Assembly: GCA_964428845.1 (NCBI GenBank)
Contig: CAYRZH010000002.1
Location: forward strand, 6,924 to 70,923
Source: an uncultured Candidatus Saccharibacteria bacterium
GTDB lineage: Bacteria > Patescibacteriota > Minisyncoccia > Phycocordibacterales > DATGWK01
Direction of reading: 5' to 3'
Length of the DNA: 64,000 nt
Below are positions 8,645 to 17,612 of the stretch, piece after piece. Position numbers and translations under genes: made by a program. A model generated the notes under the pieces. The model saw only the letters and a list, made by a program, of their open reading frames with translations. It did not search any database and was not told where the DNA came from. The first letter of the stretch is position 1, and the number at the start of each line of letters is the position of its first letter.

Positions 8645-9037
8645 ATGAAAATAAACATCAAAGCCACAAATATGCATTTGACTCCCGAAATATCAGATTA
8701 TCTAGAAAAGAAGATAAATATGCTCGACAGACTGATCGACCCAGCTGATACAAGCGTTTCCTGCAATATAGAAGTCGGCAAGACAACCAACCACCACAAA
8801 ACAGGAGATGTTTTTAGGACAGAAATAAATTTAACAAAAGATGGCAAATACTTTCGGGCAGTGGCGGAAGAGGAGACACTCAACGCCTCGATTGATGAAG
8901 CGAAAGATGAAATCATGCGAGAGCTTAAGAGCCACAAATCAAAACGCCAGACTCTCATTCGACGTGGTGGTGCGAGAATAAAGGATCTTATAAGGGGTGT
9001 TGGAAATCTGAAGAATTTGAGGCGGTGGAGGAGGTAG
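8645..9037 (+). CDS. raiA: Ribosome hibernation promoting factor (HPF/RaiA)
   Basis: MKINIKATNMHLT..I.DY.EKKI...TLNASID; start re-called at 8645. Confidence 0.9.
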   Translation: MKINIKATNMHLTPEISDYLEKKINMLDRLIDPADTSVSCNIEVGKTTNHHKTGDVFRTEINLTKDGKYFRAVAEEETLNASIDEAKDEIMRELKSHKSKRQTLIRRGGARIKDLIRGVGNLKNLRRWRR

Positions 9038-9244
9038 GGGTCTTGAATAGATATCGAAGCAGGACAGTGTCTGTTGTCTGGTTTGGAGATCGATCGAGGA
9101 GAGTCCGCAGGAAGATTTACTCATCCACATCACAGGGTTTTGAATAGACGCCGAGGCGAGACTAGCGAGCGCGACGGCGCGAGCTCGAGGAAAATTTTAG
9201 CAAAAATTTATCCGTGCTCGACGAGGTGTGCTATTCAAAACCCC
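9037..9244 (+). repeat. Hairpin element family: truncated left half (9037-9133) plus complete short copy (9135-9244)
   Basis: GGG(G)TYTTGAATAG ... CTATTCAAAACCCC terminal inverted repeats; segments shared with 12550-12671 and 31200-31496. Confidence 0.85.
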
Positions 9245-9246
9245 AA

Positions 9247-10101
9247 TCACCTCACTCCCCGCAAGAAATCTTCATAAGACATTTCTTTCTTACCCTCCGG
9301 TATCACTTTAGTTATCTCCAACTTCCCATCCGACATCTCGGCTTCTCGCACCACTACGCGTAGCTTTTTGCCTTTATGATCCGCGAAAAAATATGCGGTC
9401 GGCCAGTCTCTGTACGCGCGGATTTTCTTTAAGTTTTCTTCGGCGTTGCCCAAAAGATCAAGCAACCCATCCTCTTTTTTGATCTTCTTTGTAAATGTGG
9501 CACGAGCGTGGTCCTGCTCCGTTGCTTTTATTTTCCCTTCTACCCAACCTGGAAGTATTTTTACTAGAAGTTTGCCACCTGCTTCTGCAAGAGTGTTTCG
9601 AAGTCGATCTGCGTACGGTGGCCAGTCCGAAATCGCTACTTCCTCCTGCACTACGATGGGCCCGTGATCCACTTTTTCGTCAACGAGCATTATTGTTACC
9701 CCTGTTTTTTCTTCATTTAAAATTGCTGACTGAATAGGTGTGGCGCCGCGAAGCTTGGGGAGAAGGGAAGGGTGAACATTTAAGGTGCCATGCTTGGGAA
9801 TATTTAAAATATTTTTAGGAATAATTTTACCGTACGATGCTACGATAAAAAGGTCGGCCGAGAGCGCTGTAAGTTTTTCAGAAAAATTCTTATCGTTAAG
9901 CTTTTCCGGCTGGAGGCACGCGATAGAGTGCTTTTCTGCCAACATCTTTACCGGAGAGGGAGTGATTACCAATTTTCTTCCTTGTGGTTTGTCTGGAGTT
10001 GTTACAATAAGCGTGGGTAAAAAGCCACCGGCCAGGAGTTTGTCCAAGACGCGACACGAAAACTCCGAACTGCCGAAAAAGACGAAGCCAATTTTACTCA
10101 T
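9247..10101 (-). CDS. fmt: Methionyl-tRNA formyltransferase
   Basis: TPDKPQGR, NVHPSLLPKLRGATPI, DHGP. Confidence 0.97.
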   Translation of the reverse strand: MSKIGFVFFGSSEFSCRVLDKLLAGGFLPTLIVTTPDKPQGRKLVITPSPVKMLAEKHSIACLQPEKLNDKNFSEKLTALSADLFIVASYGKIIPKNILNIPKHGTLNVHPSLLPKLRGATPIQSAILNEEKTGVTIMLVDEKVDHGPIVVQEEVAISDWPPYADRLRNTLAEAGGKLLVKILPGWVEGKIKATEQDHARATFTKKIKKEDGLLDLLGNAEENLKKIRAYRDWPTAYFFADHKGKKLRVVVREAEMSDGKLEITKVIPEGKKEMSYEDFLRGVR

Positions 10102-10606
10102 TTTTTATTGGCGGTATATCTTTTAAGTCCAGTGCTTTGTCGGTAAACAAAACTCCATCAAGATGATCTGTCTCGTGCTGAAATATTTGTGAAAGCAGGC
10201 CTGATGCCCCCATCTTAAATGGTTCGCCAGTCTCACTGTAAGCTTCTATCGTTGCCTGGGTTGAGCGTTTTACCTTGCCGTAGAGATATCTTACGCTCAA
10301 GCATCCCTCTTCCATCCATTCAGTTTTTTTGGAAAGTTTTGTGATCCGAGGGTTTATAAAGACAAGGTCCTCGGATCTTTTTTCTATATTTTTTATAAGG
10401 GAAAGAGTTCGGCCGGATACCACAAAGATACGTAATGCTTCACCTATCTGGGGTGCGGCAATAGCCACACCATCATCCTGCGATTCGAGCGCCTCTTTCA
10501 TCTTGCGGATTATGTTTTGCACTGGGACACTTTTTATCGAGGAAACCGGGACTTCTTGGGCTATTTTCCGCAACGTCGGGTTATCTCTGTCAACAATTTC
10601 TATCAT
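10094..10606 (-). CDS. def: Peptide deformylase
   Basis: GVAIAAPQIG, EGCLS, QHETDH. Confidence 0.97.
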   Translation of the reverse strand: MIEIVDRDNPTLRKIAQEVPVSSIKSVPVQNIIRKMKEALESQDDGVAIAAPQIGEALRIFVVSGRTLSLIKNIEKRSEDLVFINPRITKLSKKTEWMEEGCLSVRYLYGKVKRSTQATIEAYSETGEPFKMGASGLLSQIFQHETDHLDGVLFTDKALDLKDIPPIKNE

Positions 10607-10628
10607 TTATTGATTATATCAAATGGTC

Positions 10629-12509
10629 TTAAAGGATGCTCTCGGGATCTATCGAAACATCAAACTGTGGTGGAAGTGAGCGCAACTTCTCTAGAAGCAG
10701 AGGTTCCACCCATCGATCTCTTCCTATTTTTATAAGAGCATGCATCGTATATTTCCCCTTCAGGTGCGGGGTGAATGCGGGGTAAACCTGAACCGAATAA
10801 TCTCCAAAGACGTGTGTAAGGTTTTCCATTTCTTCTTTTACTGCTTCTTCCCGGCCGGAGAGTGAAATTTTTATTAAAACTGTGAACGGTGGGTAGTCGA
10901 AAGCGCGCCTCTCTTCTATTTCTTCTTTGTAAAAATCAATGAGGTTTCCTCCCATAGCAAATCCCCAAATGCGACTCTCTGCGTTTCGTGTCTGTATAAG
11001 GACTTGTTTTTGGGCCAGTGACCTTATTTTCAATAAAATGTATAGCACTTTCTCATTTACTTTGAGATCCGGCATACCGAACATAGAGTCTATCGAAACT
11101 ACTGCTGTATTTGGGACCATCTCATCTATATAGGGCAAAGCCATTTCTGTTCCGAGAAGAACACTGCCGGTTGTTTCCAAGAATTTTTTAGCTTCTGCTG
11201 TGGCCTTGTTGTGAGTTTTTGTATTGTCAGCATCAATTCTGAAAAAATTAATATTCGGGAAGTCTTTCTTGAAATCTTCAGCTACTAACTCGGCACCTAT
11301 ACCAAGTGTTTTGAGTCTCCACCCGCCACAACCGAGACACTTCTGGTCAACGGCTCTTTTCTCACCGCATCTGTGGCAAAAAAGAAATCTCTCTGTCGGG
11401 GAAGAGTGGAGAGTAATAGGAGCCTTACAGCGTCGACATTCGACAACCCTACTACAATCGGCACAGAGGGTGAGAGGGGAGAGACCACGACGACTTGCAA
11501 AAAGAAACAGTCTTTCATTATTCTTTTTGGTGTTTTGGATTAATTCTTCTAATTCGGGAGAAAAAATTTTGAACAAACCGTCTTTCTTTTCTGCTTGGCG
11601 CATGTCTACGAGAGACTGCTTCGCACTTGTTATAGATCTAAATTTGAGCGGCGAGAGTTCTGCAAACTCATCGTGCTTGTATCTCCAAACCGTTTCGACT
11701 CGCAGTAGTGTGTCACCGCAAACCAGTCGCGCCCCGACCGCCCTGGCGAAGTACTCGGCGAAGATGCGCAGGTCGACATGTGGTCTGGTGGGGAGTTTGT
11801 AGAGTCGGGAACCTTCTCTCTCCACGATAATAGTGCCGAGGTCTTTGCGCGGCACAGACAAAAATCCTCCCGTTCCTATTATAAGCACGGGGTGATTTTC
11901 CTTTAGAAGCTTATTCCAAAGCATTACTACATCTTTCTTTTTTAGTTGATTGTGAAAAACAAAAGAGTAAGGACCGATGCCTTTCTCTAGATGAGTTTTT
12001 GCTCGTAGAACATCAGCAGATGTAGGCAAACACAAAAAAACCGAAGAATTCTTGGCAAACTCTTCCCGCACGATGCTCTTGTAGTGGGCAAATCTTTCTT
12101 CGTCGTCTGATTGGATGACAAGTCTGTGGTGTTTGTGCGGAATTTGTTCATTGTCTGGCTCGTCCAGATCCTCGGCGGCCTCAAGGATCTGCTTTGGAAT
12201 AATACTTTTGAGAACACTGCCAGTAGTGCTAGCGAAATATTCTGCGGTTATGCTGGCCGCCTCGATAAATTTGCTGGAAATAAACTTAGAAGAAACAAGT
12301 TTTTCAGCCTTCTTTATTGAAAACGAAAGTGCTTTCAAGTCAGCTTTTTTGTCTGCCAAATCTTCTATGCCGACGACAAGTGCATGCACACTTTTTCCTC
12401 GCAATGGTACTTTCATAATCGACCCGACGCTCGCGTCTGTGGAAGTAAAATATGTAAGAGTCTCTTTGGAAATCCCGCGACTAAAAGGTATGACGCTGAT
12501 TATCTTCAT
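10629..12509 (-). CDS. priA: Primosomal protein N' (helicase motifs degenerate)
   Basis: Four CxxC pairs, QTRN, YPPF C-terminus; no Walker A. Confidence 0.85.
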   Translation of the reverse strand: MKIISVIPFSRGISKETLTYFTSTDASVGSIMKVPLRGKSVHALVVGIEDLADKKADLKALSFSIKKAEKLVSSKFISSKFIEAASITAEYFASTTGSVLKSIIPKQILEAAEDLDEPDNEQIPHKHHRLVIQSDDEERFAHYKSIVREEFAKNSSVFLCLPTSADVLRAKTHLEKGIGPYSFVFHNQLKKKDVVMLWNKLLKENHPVLIIGTGGFLSVPRKDLGTIIVEREGSRLYKLPTRPHVDLRIFAEYFARAVGARLVCGDTLLRVETVWRYKHDEFAELSPLKFRSITSAKQSLVDMRQAEKKDGLFKIFSPELEELIQNTKKNNERLFLFASRRGLSPLTLCADCSRVVECRRCKAPITLHSSPTERFLFCHRCGEKRAVDQKCLGCGGWRLKTLGIGAELVAEDFKKDFPNINFFRIDADNTKTHNKATAEAKKFLETTGSVLLGTEMALPYIDEMVPNTAVVSIDSMFGMPDLKVNEKVLYILLKIRSLAQKQVLIQTRNAESRIWGFAMGGNLIDFYKEEIEERRAFDYPPFTVLIKISLSGREEAVKEEMENLTHVFGDYSVQVYPAFTPHLKGKYTMHALIKIGRDRWVEPLLLEKLRSLPPQFDVSIDPESIL

Positions 12510-12549
12510 TAGCTTGAATAGTAATCTTAGAGAATATATTTTACAAACC

Positions 12550-12671
12550 TAAGACAAAATCCGCACAAGCTACCTCGCCTCGCACGGATATTTTTCTGCT
12601 GAAAAATTCCTCGTGCTCGCGCCGTCGCGCTCGCAAGGCTTCGTCTCGGTACTTGTGCGGATTTTGTCTTA
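12550..12671 (-). repeat. Hairpin element family, copy with a different 20-bp terminal inverted repeat
   Basis: TAAGACAAAATCCGCACAAG / CTTGTGCGGATTTTGTCTTA around the core GCGAGCGCGACGGCGCGAGCACGAGGAA...TATCCGTGC (minus strand). Confidence 0.85.
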
Positions 12672-14180
12672 TAAATCTCTCAATATCTGAATCTTTGCAC
12701 CAAGGCTATTGAGTCGCTTGATGATATCTTCGTAGCCACGATTGATACTGTAAATATTTCGTAGCACCGAGGTGCCCGAAGCCGCGAGCATACCGATAAG
12801 GATAATTGCGGCGGGGCGAAGGGCTGGCGGGCAAATGACCTCTGCCGCCTTGAGCTTTGTCGGACCGGTGATATAGATGCGATGTGGGTCGGCAAGTAGT
12901 GTGTCGGCGCCGAGTTTGTCGAGCTCTTTGTAGTGTATGGCGCGTTTCTCATAGACCCAGTCGTGTATAAAGGTGGTACCTTTGGCTTGGGTGGCGATCA
13001 CCGCGAAAAATGGAAGATTGTCTATGTTTAGTCCTGGATATGGTCGTGCCTCGATCTTTTCCTCGAGAGCCACGAGTTCGCTTGGTGATGTCTTGATATC
13101 TACTAGATTGGTACGTTCATTTAAGGCTTTATAACTTTTTATAATTTTATATTTAAAACCCATCTTCTCGAGTTTGAGCAGTTCGAGTTCTAGAAAATCA
13201 ATAGGACAGCGGCGAATGGTTATGCTCGACTTGGTCACTGCTGCCACGGCGATAAAAAACATGGACTCGATCGGATCCTCGCTCACATAATACGTGATCG
13301 GCTGGTCTATCACTTCTTTACCATGGATAGTTATTGTCGTTGTGCCTATACCTTCTATCTTCACGCCCAATTTTTCTAAAAAAAAGCAGACTTCTTGGCC
13401 CATGTAGTTGGCAGAAGCAAACTTGATGACAGTTTTTCCCGGGATCTTGGCGGCGGCGATGATGGTATTTTCGGTAACTGTGTCACCAGACTCGTAGAGC
13501 ACGATATAGTTGGGTTTGAGTGCATCTCTCTTCACCTCATAATGTTTGGAGGTGGTTTTTATATCCACCCCAAACTTTTCTAGGGCAAAAACATGAGGCT
13601 GTATAGTCCTAGAACCAAGTCTACACCCGCCAGCCTGGGGGAGTTTAAAACTTTTCGAGTTATGTATTAGGGAGCCGATAAGCATGATAATGCTTCTAGT
13701 TTTCTCTGCGGCTTCTGTGTTTATCTTTTTTATATCAATATTTTTAGGTGGTTTTATCTCGAGATCAGCACCACTCCATTTTGCCGATACGCCCATGCTC
13801 TCGAAGACCTCTATCATCCTGCGAACTTCTTCTATGCGAGGAACATTTTTTAAGATTGTTTTGTTTTTGTTTAAAAGGGAAGCGGCAAGAAGACCCATGG
13901 TGCCGTTTTTTGAAGTTTTTGTGACGATCTCGCCGGAAAGTTTTCTCCCGCCATCTATTTTTACATTTATTGCGCCACGAGAAATATTTAGAATATCCTT
14001 GTTCAACACAGAGCTGATCTTTGAGAGTGTCTCCGTGCTTAGGTTCTGCTCACCCTTCTCGATACGAGCAATGACACTTTGGGTTGTTCCGAGTGCTTTA
14101 CCAAACTCTTTCTGGGTGATACCACGCTCTTCTCGGAGGGTATGTATAAGTTTGCCGATATGTGCGAGCTGACTTTTCAT
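12669..14180 (-). CDS. murA: UDP-N-acetylglucosamine 1-carboxyvinyltransferase with N-terminal XRE HTH domain
   Basis: LREERGITQ..FGKALGTTQS.IARIEKG HTH; SKN, GGC.LG.R, RGYE; start re-called at ATG 14180. Confidence 0.92.
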   Translation of the reverse strand: MKSQLAHIGKLIHTLREERGITQKEFGKALGTTQSVIARIEKGEQNLSTETLSKISSVLNKDILNISRGAINVKIDGGRKLSGEIVTKTSKNGTMGLLAASLLNKNKTILKNVPRIEEVRRMIEVFESMGVSAKWSGADLEIKPPKNIDIKKINTEAAEKTRSIIMLIGSLIHNSKSFKLPQAGGCRLGSRTIQPHVFALEKFGVDIKTTSKHYEVKRDALKPNYIVLYESGDTVTENTIIAAAKIPGKTVIKFASANYMGQEVCFFLEKLGVKIEGIGTTTITIHGKEVIDQPITYYVSEDPIESMFFIAVAAVTKSSITIRRCPIDFLELELLKLEKMGFKYKIIKSYKALNERTNLVDIKTSPSELVALEEKIEARPYPGLNIDNLPFFAVIATQAKGTTFIHDWVYEKRAIHYKELDKLGADTLLADPHRIYITGPTKLKAAEVICPPALRPAAIILIGMLAASGTSVLRNIYSINRGYEDIIKRLNSLGAKIQILRDL

Positions 14181-14192
14181 ATTTAAAATCAG

Positions 14193-14210
14193 CATAGCAT
14201 ATATGATATG
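14193..14210. promoter_or_regulatory. Imperfect palindrome over the murA promoter (candidate operator)
   Basis: CATAGCATATATGATATG, overlapping TG-C-TATGCT extended -10 on the minus strand. Confidence 0.5.
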
Positions 14211-14237
14211 TTTTGTCTTGTCATTGATGATCTGAAT

Positions 14238-14246
14238 TGTGGATAA
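14238..14246 (-). promoter_or_regulatory. Single consensus DnaA box
   Basis: TGTGGATAA (reverse complement TTATCCACA) between divergent murA and mreB. Confidence 0.35.
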
Positions 14247-14340
14247 TGATAAGTAATCTTTTCTAGGCCAAACTTTTTTCATAAAAAATAGTTGTCAATT
14301 GAGTGGAATCAGAATATTATTGAGTTCGATCACTAAAAAT

Positions 14341-15354
14341 ATGGCTTTTTTACGCAAAAAATTGGGAATCGATCTCGGTACCACAAGCACACTGGTTTTT
14401 GTCCCGGGCAAAGGGGTTGTCTTAAATGAACCCTCCGTGGTAGCTGTTTCTGAAGAGGACAACAAGATCATGGCTATTGGTATCGAAGCCAAAAGCATGA
14501 TCGGTAAGACTCCAGAAAGTATTATTGCCTACAGACCCATGAAGGATGGAGTTATTGCTGACTATCGTGTCACCGAGGCCATGCTTCGGTATTATATAAA
14601 TAAAGCTTTGCCGAAATGGAACCTTACAAAACCCGAAGTCCTCATCTCTGTCCCTGCTGGTGTAACTTCCACAGAACGTCGCGCGGTCATCGAGGCGGCG
14701 ATCAAGGCGGGGGCCAAGAATGCTTATGTGGTAAAAGAACCCATCCTTGCGGCAATCGGAGCGGGAATTCCGATCCAGGAAGCAGTAGGGCATATGATAG
14801 TCGATATCGGTGGAGGTACCACTGACGTTGCAGTGATCTCGCTCGGGGGTATAGTAGCGGCCAAATCCGTAAAATGTGCTGGCAACAAGATCGACTACGC
14901 TATTGCCGACTATATCAAGAAGACATTCAATCTAGCGATCGGAGACAAAACTGCTGAAGATGTGAAGATTAAGATAGGTTCGGCTATTCCACTCGACGAA
15001 GAACTCTCGATCACCATCAAAGGTCGAGACTTTATTTCTGGTCTACCACGCTCGGTTGAGATAAAGACAAACGAGATCGTCAAAGCTATAGGTAGGGAAT
15101 TGCGGGAAATGGTCAAAGCTATAAAAGATGTCTTTCAGGATACTCCGCCAGAGCTTGCCTCGGACATTATTGATAGGGGAATAATAATGACCGGAGGATC
15201 CTCTCAACTTCGAAATCTCCCAGAACTTGTTTATCGAAGAACCGGTGTGAAGGCTATTCTTGCAGAAGATCCAATTTTTTGTGTTGTGAAAGGTACAGGA
15301 ATAGCCCTCGAGCACTTAGCTGTGTATAAGAAAAGCATTATCGCCAAAAGGTAG
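14341..15354 (+). CDS. mreB: MreB/Mbl actin-like protein (stand-alone paralog)
   Basis: GIDLGT, NEPSVVA, DIGGGTT, TGGSS; start re-called at 14341. Confidence 0.93.
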   Translation: MAFLRKKLGIDLGTTSTLVFVPGKGVVLNEPSVVAVSEEDNKIMAIGIEAKSMIGKTPESIIAYRPMKDGVIADYRVTEAMLRYYINKALPKWNLTKPEVLISVPAGVTSTERRAVIEAAIKAGAKNAYVVKEPILAAIGAGIPIQEAVGHMIVDIGGGTTDVAVISLGGIVAAKSVKCAGNKIDYAIADYIKKTFNLAIGDKTAEDVKIKIGSAIPLDEELSITIKGRDFISGLPRSVEIKTNEIVKAIGRELREMVKAIKDVFQDTPPELASDIIDRGIIMTGGSSQLRNLPELVYRRTGVKAILAEDPIFCVVKGTGIALEHLAVYKKSIIAKR

Positions 15355-15410
15355 TTATTTTTTGGCTTTTTTGACGATTGTTAAAAAAAGATTTTTAATA
15401 TTGGATGTTG

Positions 15411-15438
15411 TTGACCTCTACTGAAATTGGAGTAATAT
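15411..15438 (+). promoter_or_regulatory. Sigma70-type promoter for the putative ncRNA (a second one at 15371-15399)
   Basis: TTGACC-N16-TAATAT; upstream TTGACG-N17-TTTAAT. Confidence 0.6.
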
Positions 15439-15445
15439 TTCAAAC

Positions 15446-15745
15446 CAGGAGCGTGCATCAGACGAAAGAGCTTCCCGCAACGCGGCTCAATTGCCGCAAC
15501 AAACCCTGACCTCTTGCCAAAGGCTCGGCTACAAACCCACCGTCCCAACAGTGGGCGACAAGGGAGCGTAGTTTCCGCAAGGAAGGAACCCGTCGGGTTC
15601 TCGATCCGTTGTCGGGAGGAGATTCCGGCAATAGTCCGGAACGAACCCCCCCAAGGGTAAAGGGAAGAGTACTGGGGTCCGCTCAAAAAGACTCTGCCAC
15701 GCACGCAAACCTATCCCCCCGGCCATCACGGTTGGGGGGATTTTC
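15446..15745 (+). ncRNA. Putative structured non-coding RNA of unknown family
   Basis: GC-rich island in AT-rich flanks; 5'/3' pairing GCGTGC/GCACGC; several internal hairpins; terminator ATCCCCCCGGCC-ATCAC-GGTTGGGGGGAT-TTT. Confidence 0.7.
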
Positions 15746-15807
15746 ATTTATTTGTTAGCCTTTTAGATTTATTCGATGGCGGGTGTTTTTAGTATAATGT
15801 TTGTATC

Positions 15808-16518
15808 GTGGAAACTTTAAAGAGAATCTATAGGGAAACATCCACTTTGCACCACGCCTGCCTTCTTTTGGGAGAAAGCGACTCACTTCTTAAAAAATTA
15901 GTTGATTTTCTAGAAGATGAAACCTCTTTTCGTTCTCGCGGCAATCCAGACTTCTTCCAAATTTCTCTCGATGTCTGCGGCATCGACGAAGCTCGCATGC
16001 TCAAAGATAGAGCTTTGATGAGGCCTATTGGGGATATCAAGATAGTGATTGTTTCCTTTAACTCTATAACCACTGAAGCCCAAAATTCTCTCTTGAAGAT
16101 TTTTGAAGAACCTTTGGGTCAGACCCATTTTTTTGTTATCGCTCCCAACAAAGAAATATTTCTCGATACGTTATTATCAAGATTTTTTGTTGTTGATGGT
16201 GAACTAGACGGCAGTACTGACAGAAGTAAAATGGATAGTGTAGCCGAATCATTCTTGAAGTCATCTCCAAAAGACAGGATCTCTCAAGTCGCTAGCATGA
16301 TAGAAAAAAAGGATAAAACTGAAGTCGTTCGGTTTCTAAACTCCCTCGAAGGTTTGATATCCAAAAGTCTAAAAAAAGATGGGCCATCAGAGAGTTTGGT
16401 AAACATTTCAGAAGAGATACTTCGTTCAAAGAGTTTCCTCTACGATCGTTCTCCATCACTCAAGATGATTCTCGAACATTTATCTTGTATTATACCTATA
16501 TCCAATAAATCCAAATGA
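15808..16518 (+). CDS. holB: DNA polymerase III delta'-like subunit
   Basis: HHACLL, NPDF, GIDEAR, EAQNSLLKIFEEP, TLLSR. Confidence 0.85.
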   Translation: METLKRIYRETSTLHHACLLLGESDSLLKKLVDFLEDETSFRSRGNPDFFQISLDVCGIDEARMLKDRALMRPIGDIKIVIVSFNSITTEAQNSLLKIFEEPLGQTHFFVIAPNKEIFLDTLLSRFFVVDGELDGSTDRSKMDSVAESFLKSSPKDRISQVASMIEKKDKTEVVRFLNSLEGLISKSLKKDGPSESLVNISEEILRSKSFLYDRSPSLKMILEHLSCIIPISNKSK

Positions 16519-17009
16519 CCCTAGCTACTCATATCGTTGTTGGTGCTGCAGGTGCAAAAATCTTTGCCACAAATCCAATCCAAGGTTTTATTATTGGTTG
16601 GTTGAGTCACTATATTCTTGATTTTATTATTCACTGGGACTATCCGTTGTCTGTCACAAAGACGAAGAAAGTTCAATTTCCAGAAGGTAATCCCTTTTTA
16701 AATAAAGAAATACTCATAGATGTCTCCAAGGTAATTGTCGATGCTCTTTTGGGTTTTATTATCGTCTATCTTTTTTTGCGAGATGGAGTCCAGTTCTTTA
16801 ACCCTATTCTTTTTGCCGGTGCCCTTGGTGGTACAATCCCAGACTTTCTCCAGTTTCTTTATGCGATACGCAATATAAAGTTAGTTGGGGTTTTCCAGAA
16901 ATTCCACAATTTTATGCATGCCCAGAGAGATTTTTCTACCAGACCAATACTCGGGATTTCTATCCAGCTCATTTTAATTTTCGTTATTCTAGTTCTGTTT
17001 AATGGTTAA
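16515..17009 (+). CDS. Membrane protein, possible metal-dependent hydrolase
   Basis: TH..G, SHYILD..H, PD, H..H motifs in TM context. Confidence 0.6.
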   Translation: MTLATHIVVGAAGAKIFATNPIQGFIIGWLSHYILDFIIHWDYPLSVTKTKKVQFPEGNPFLNKEILIDVSKVIVDALLGFIIVYLFLRDGVQFFNPILFAGALGGTIPDFLQFLYAIRNIKLVGVFQKFHNFMHAQRDFSTRPILGISIQLILIFVILVLFNG

Positions 17010-17054
17010 AATTTTGTTTTGTTCGACGTTCTGATACAATGTCTCTCAAACTCC

Positions 17055-17606
17055 ATGGTTTACAATTTTTCTTCCTTTAAAGATAAAACAAAACAGACAG
17101 CCGCCTGGCTTTCAAGCGAGTTCAATTCAATCCGTACTGGTAGGGCTACTCCAGCTATCCTCGACAGCATTTCCGTAGAATCTTATGGAGCCAAGATGCC
17201 TATAAACCAGGTAGCGAGTGTGACCACCGAGGGTCCGCGCAGTCTTCGAGTTGCCCCATGGGACCAAAACCTCACGAAAACAATCGAGAAAGCAGTTATC
17301 GAGTCGCGGTTGGGGCTTTCCGTTGCTATAGATGAGAAGGGTCTTCGGATTACTTTTCCGGAGCTTACGGCAGAACGCAGGCAGTCACTCCTTAAGGTTG
17401 TCAAGCAGAAACTCGAGGAAGCCAGAGTTACTTTGCGCAAAGAACGAGATAGAGTCTGGGAAGATATTCAGGCAAAAGAAAAAGAGGGTGGTATGGGTGA
17501 AGACGAAAAATTCCGGCTGAAAGCAGAAATGCAAAAGATTATAGACGAAGCCAATAAAGAACTCGACACTCTAGCGCTCCGAAAGGAAGAAGAGGTGGCA
17601 AAATAA
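17055..17606 (+). CDS. frr: Ribosome recycling factor
   Basis: IRTGRATP, PELTAERR, GEDE; start re-called at 17055. Confidence 0.97.
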   Translation: MVYNFSSFKDKTKQTAAWLSSEFNSIRTGRATPAILDSISVESYGAKMPINQVASVTTEGPRSLRVAPWDQNLTKTIEKAVIESRLGLSVAIDEKGLRITFPELTAERRQSLLKVVKQKLEEARVTLRKERDRVWEDIQAKEKEGGMGEDEKFRLKAEMQKIIDEANKELDTLALRKEEEVAK

Positions 17607-17612
17607 TTCTCG

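Noticed and set aside
15446-15745. RNase P RNA, tmRNA or SRP RNA
   Set aside because: GAGGAGATTCCG and AAGGGTAAAGGG echo RNase P words but are in the wrong order and form local hairpins rather than P4; no tRNA-like ends or tag frame; TTCCGCAAGGAAG lacks the SRP CAGG/AGCA loop
15381-15747. Minus-strand ORFs of 107 and 72 aa
   Set aside because: No SD or family motifs; promoter and terminator point to a plus-strand non-coding transcript
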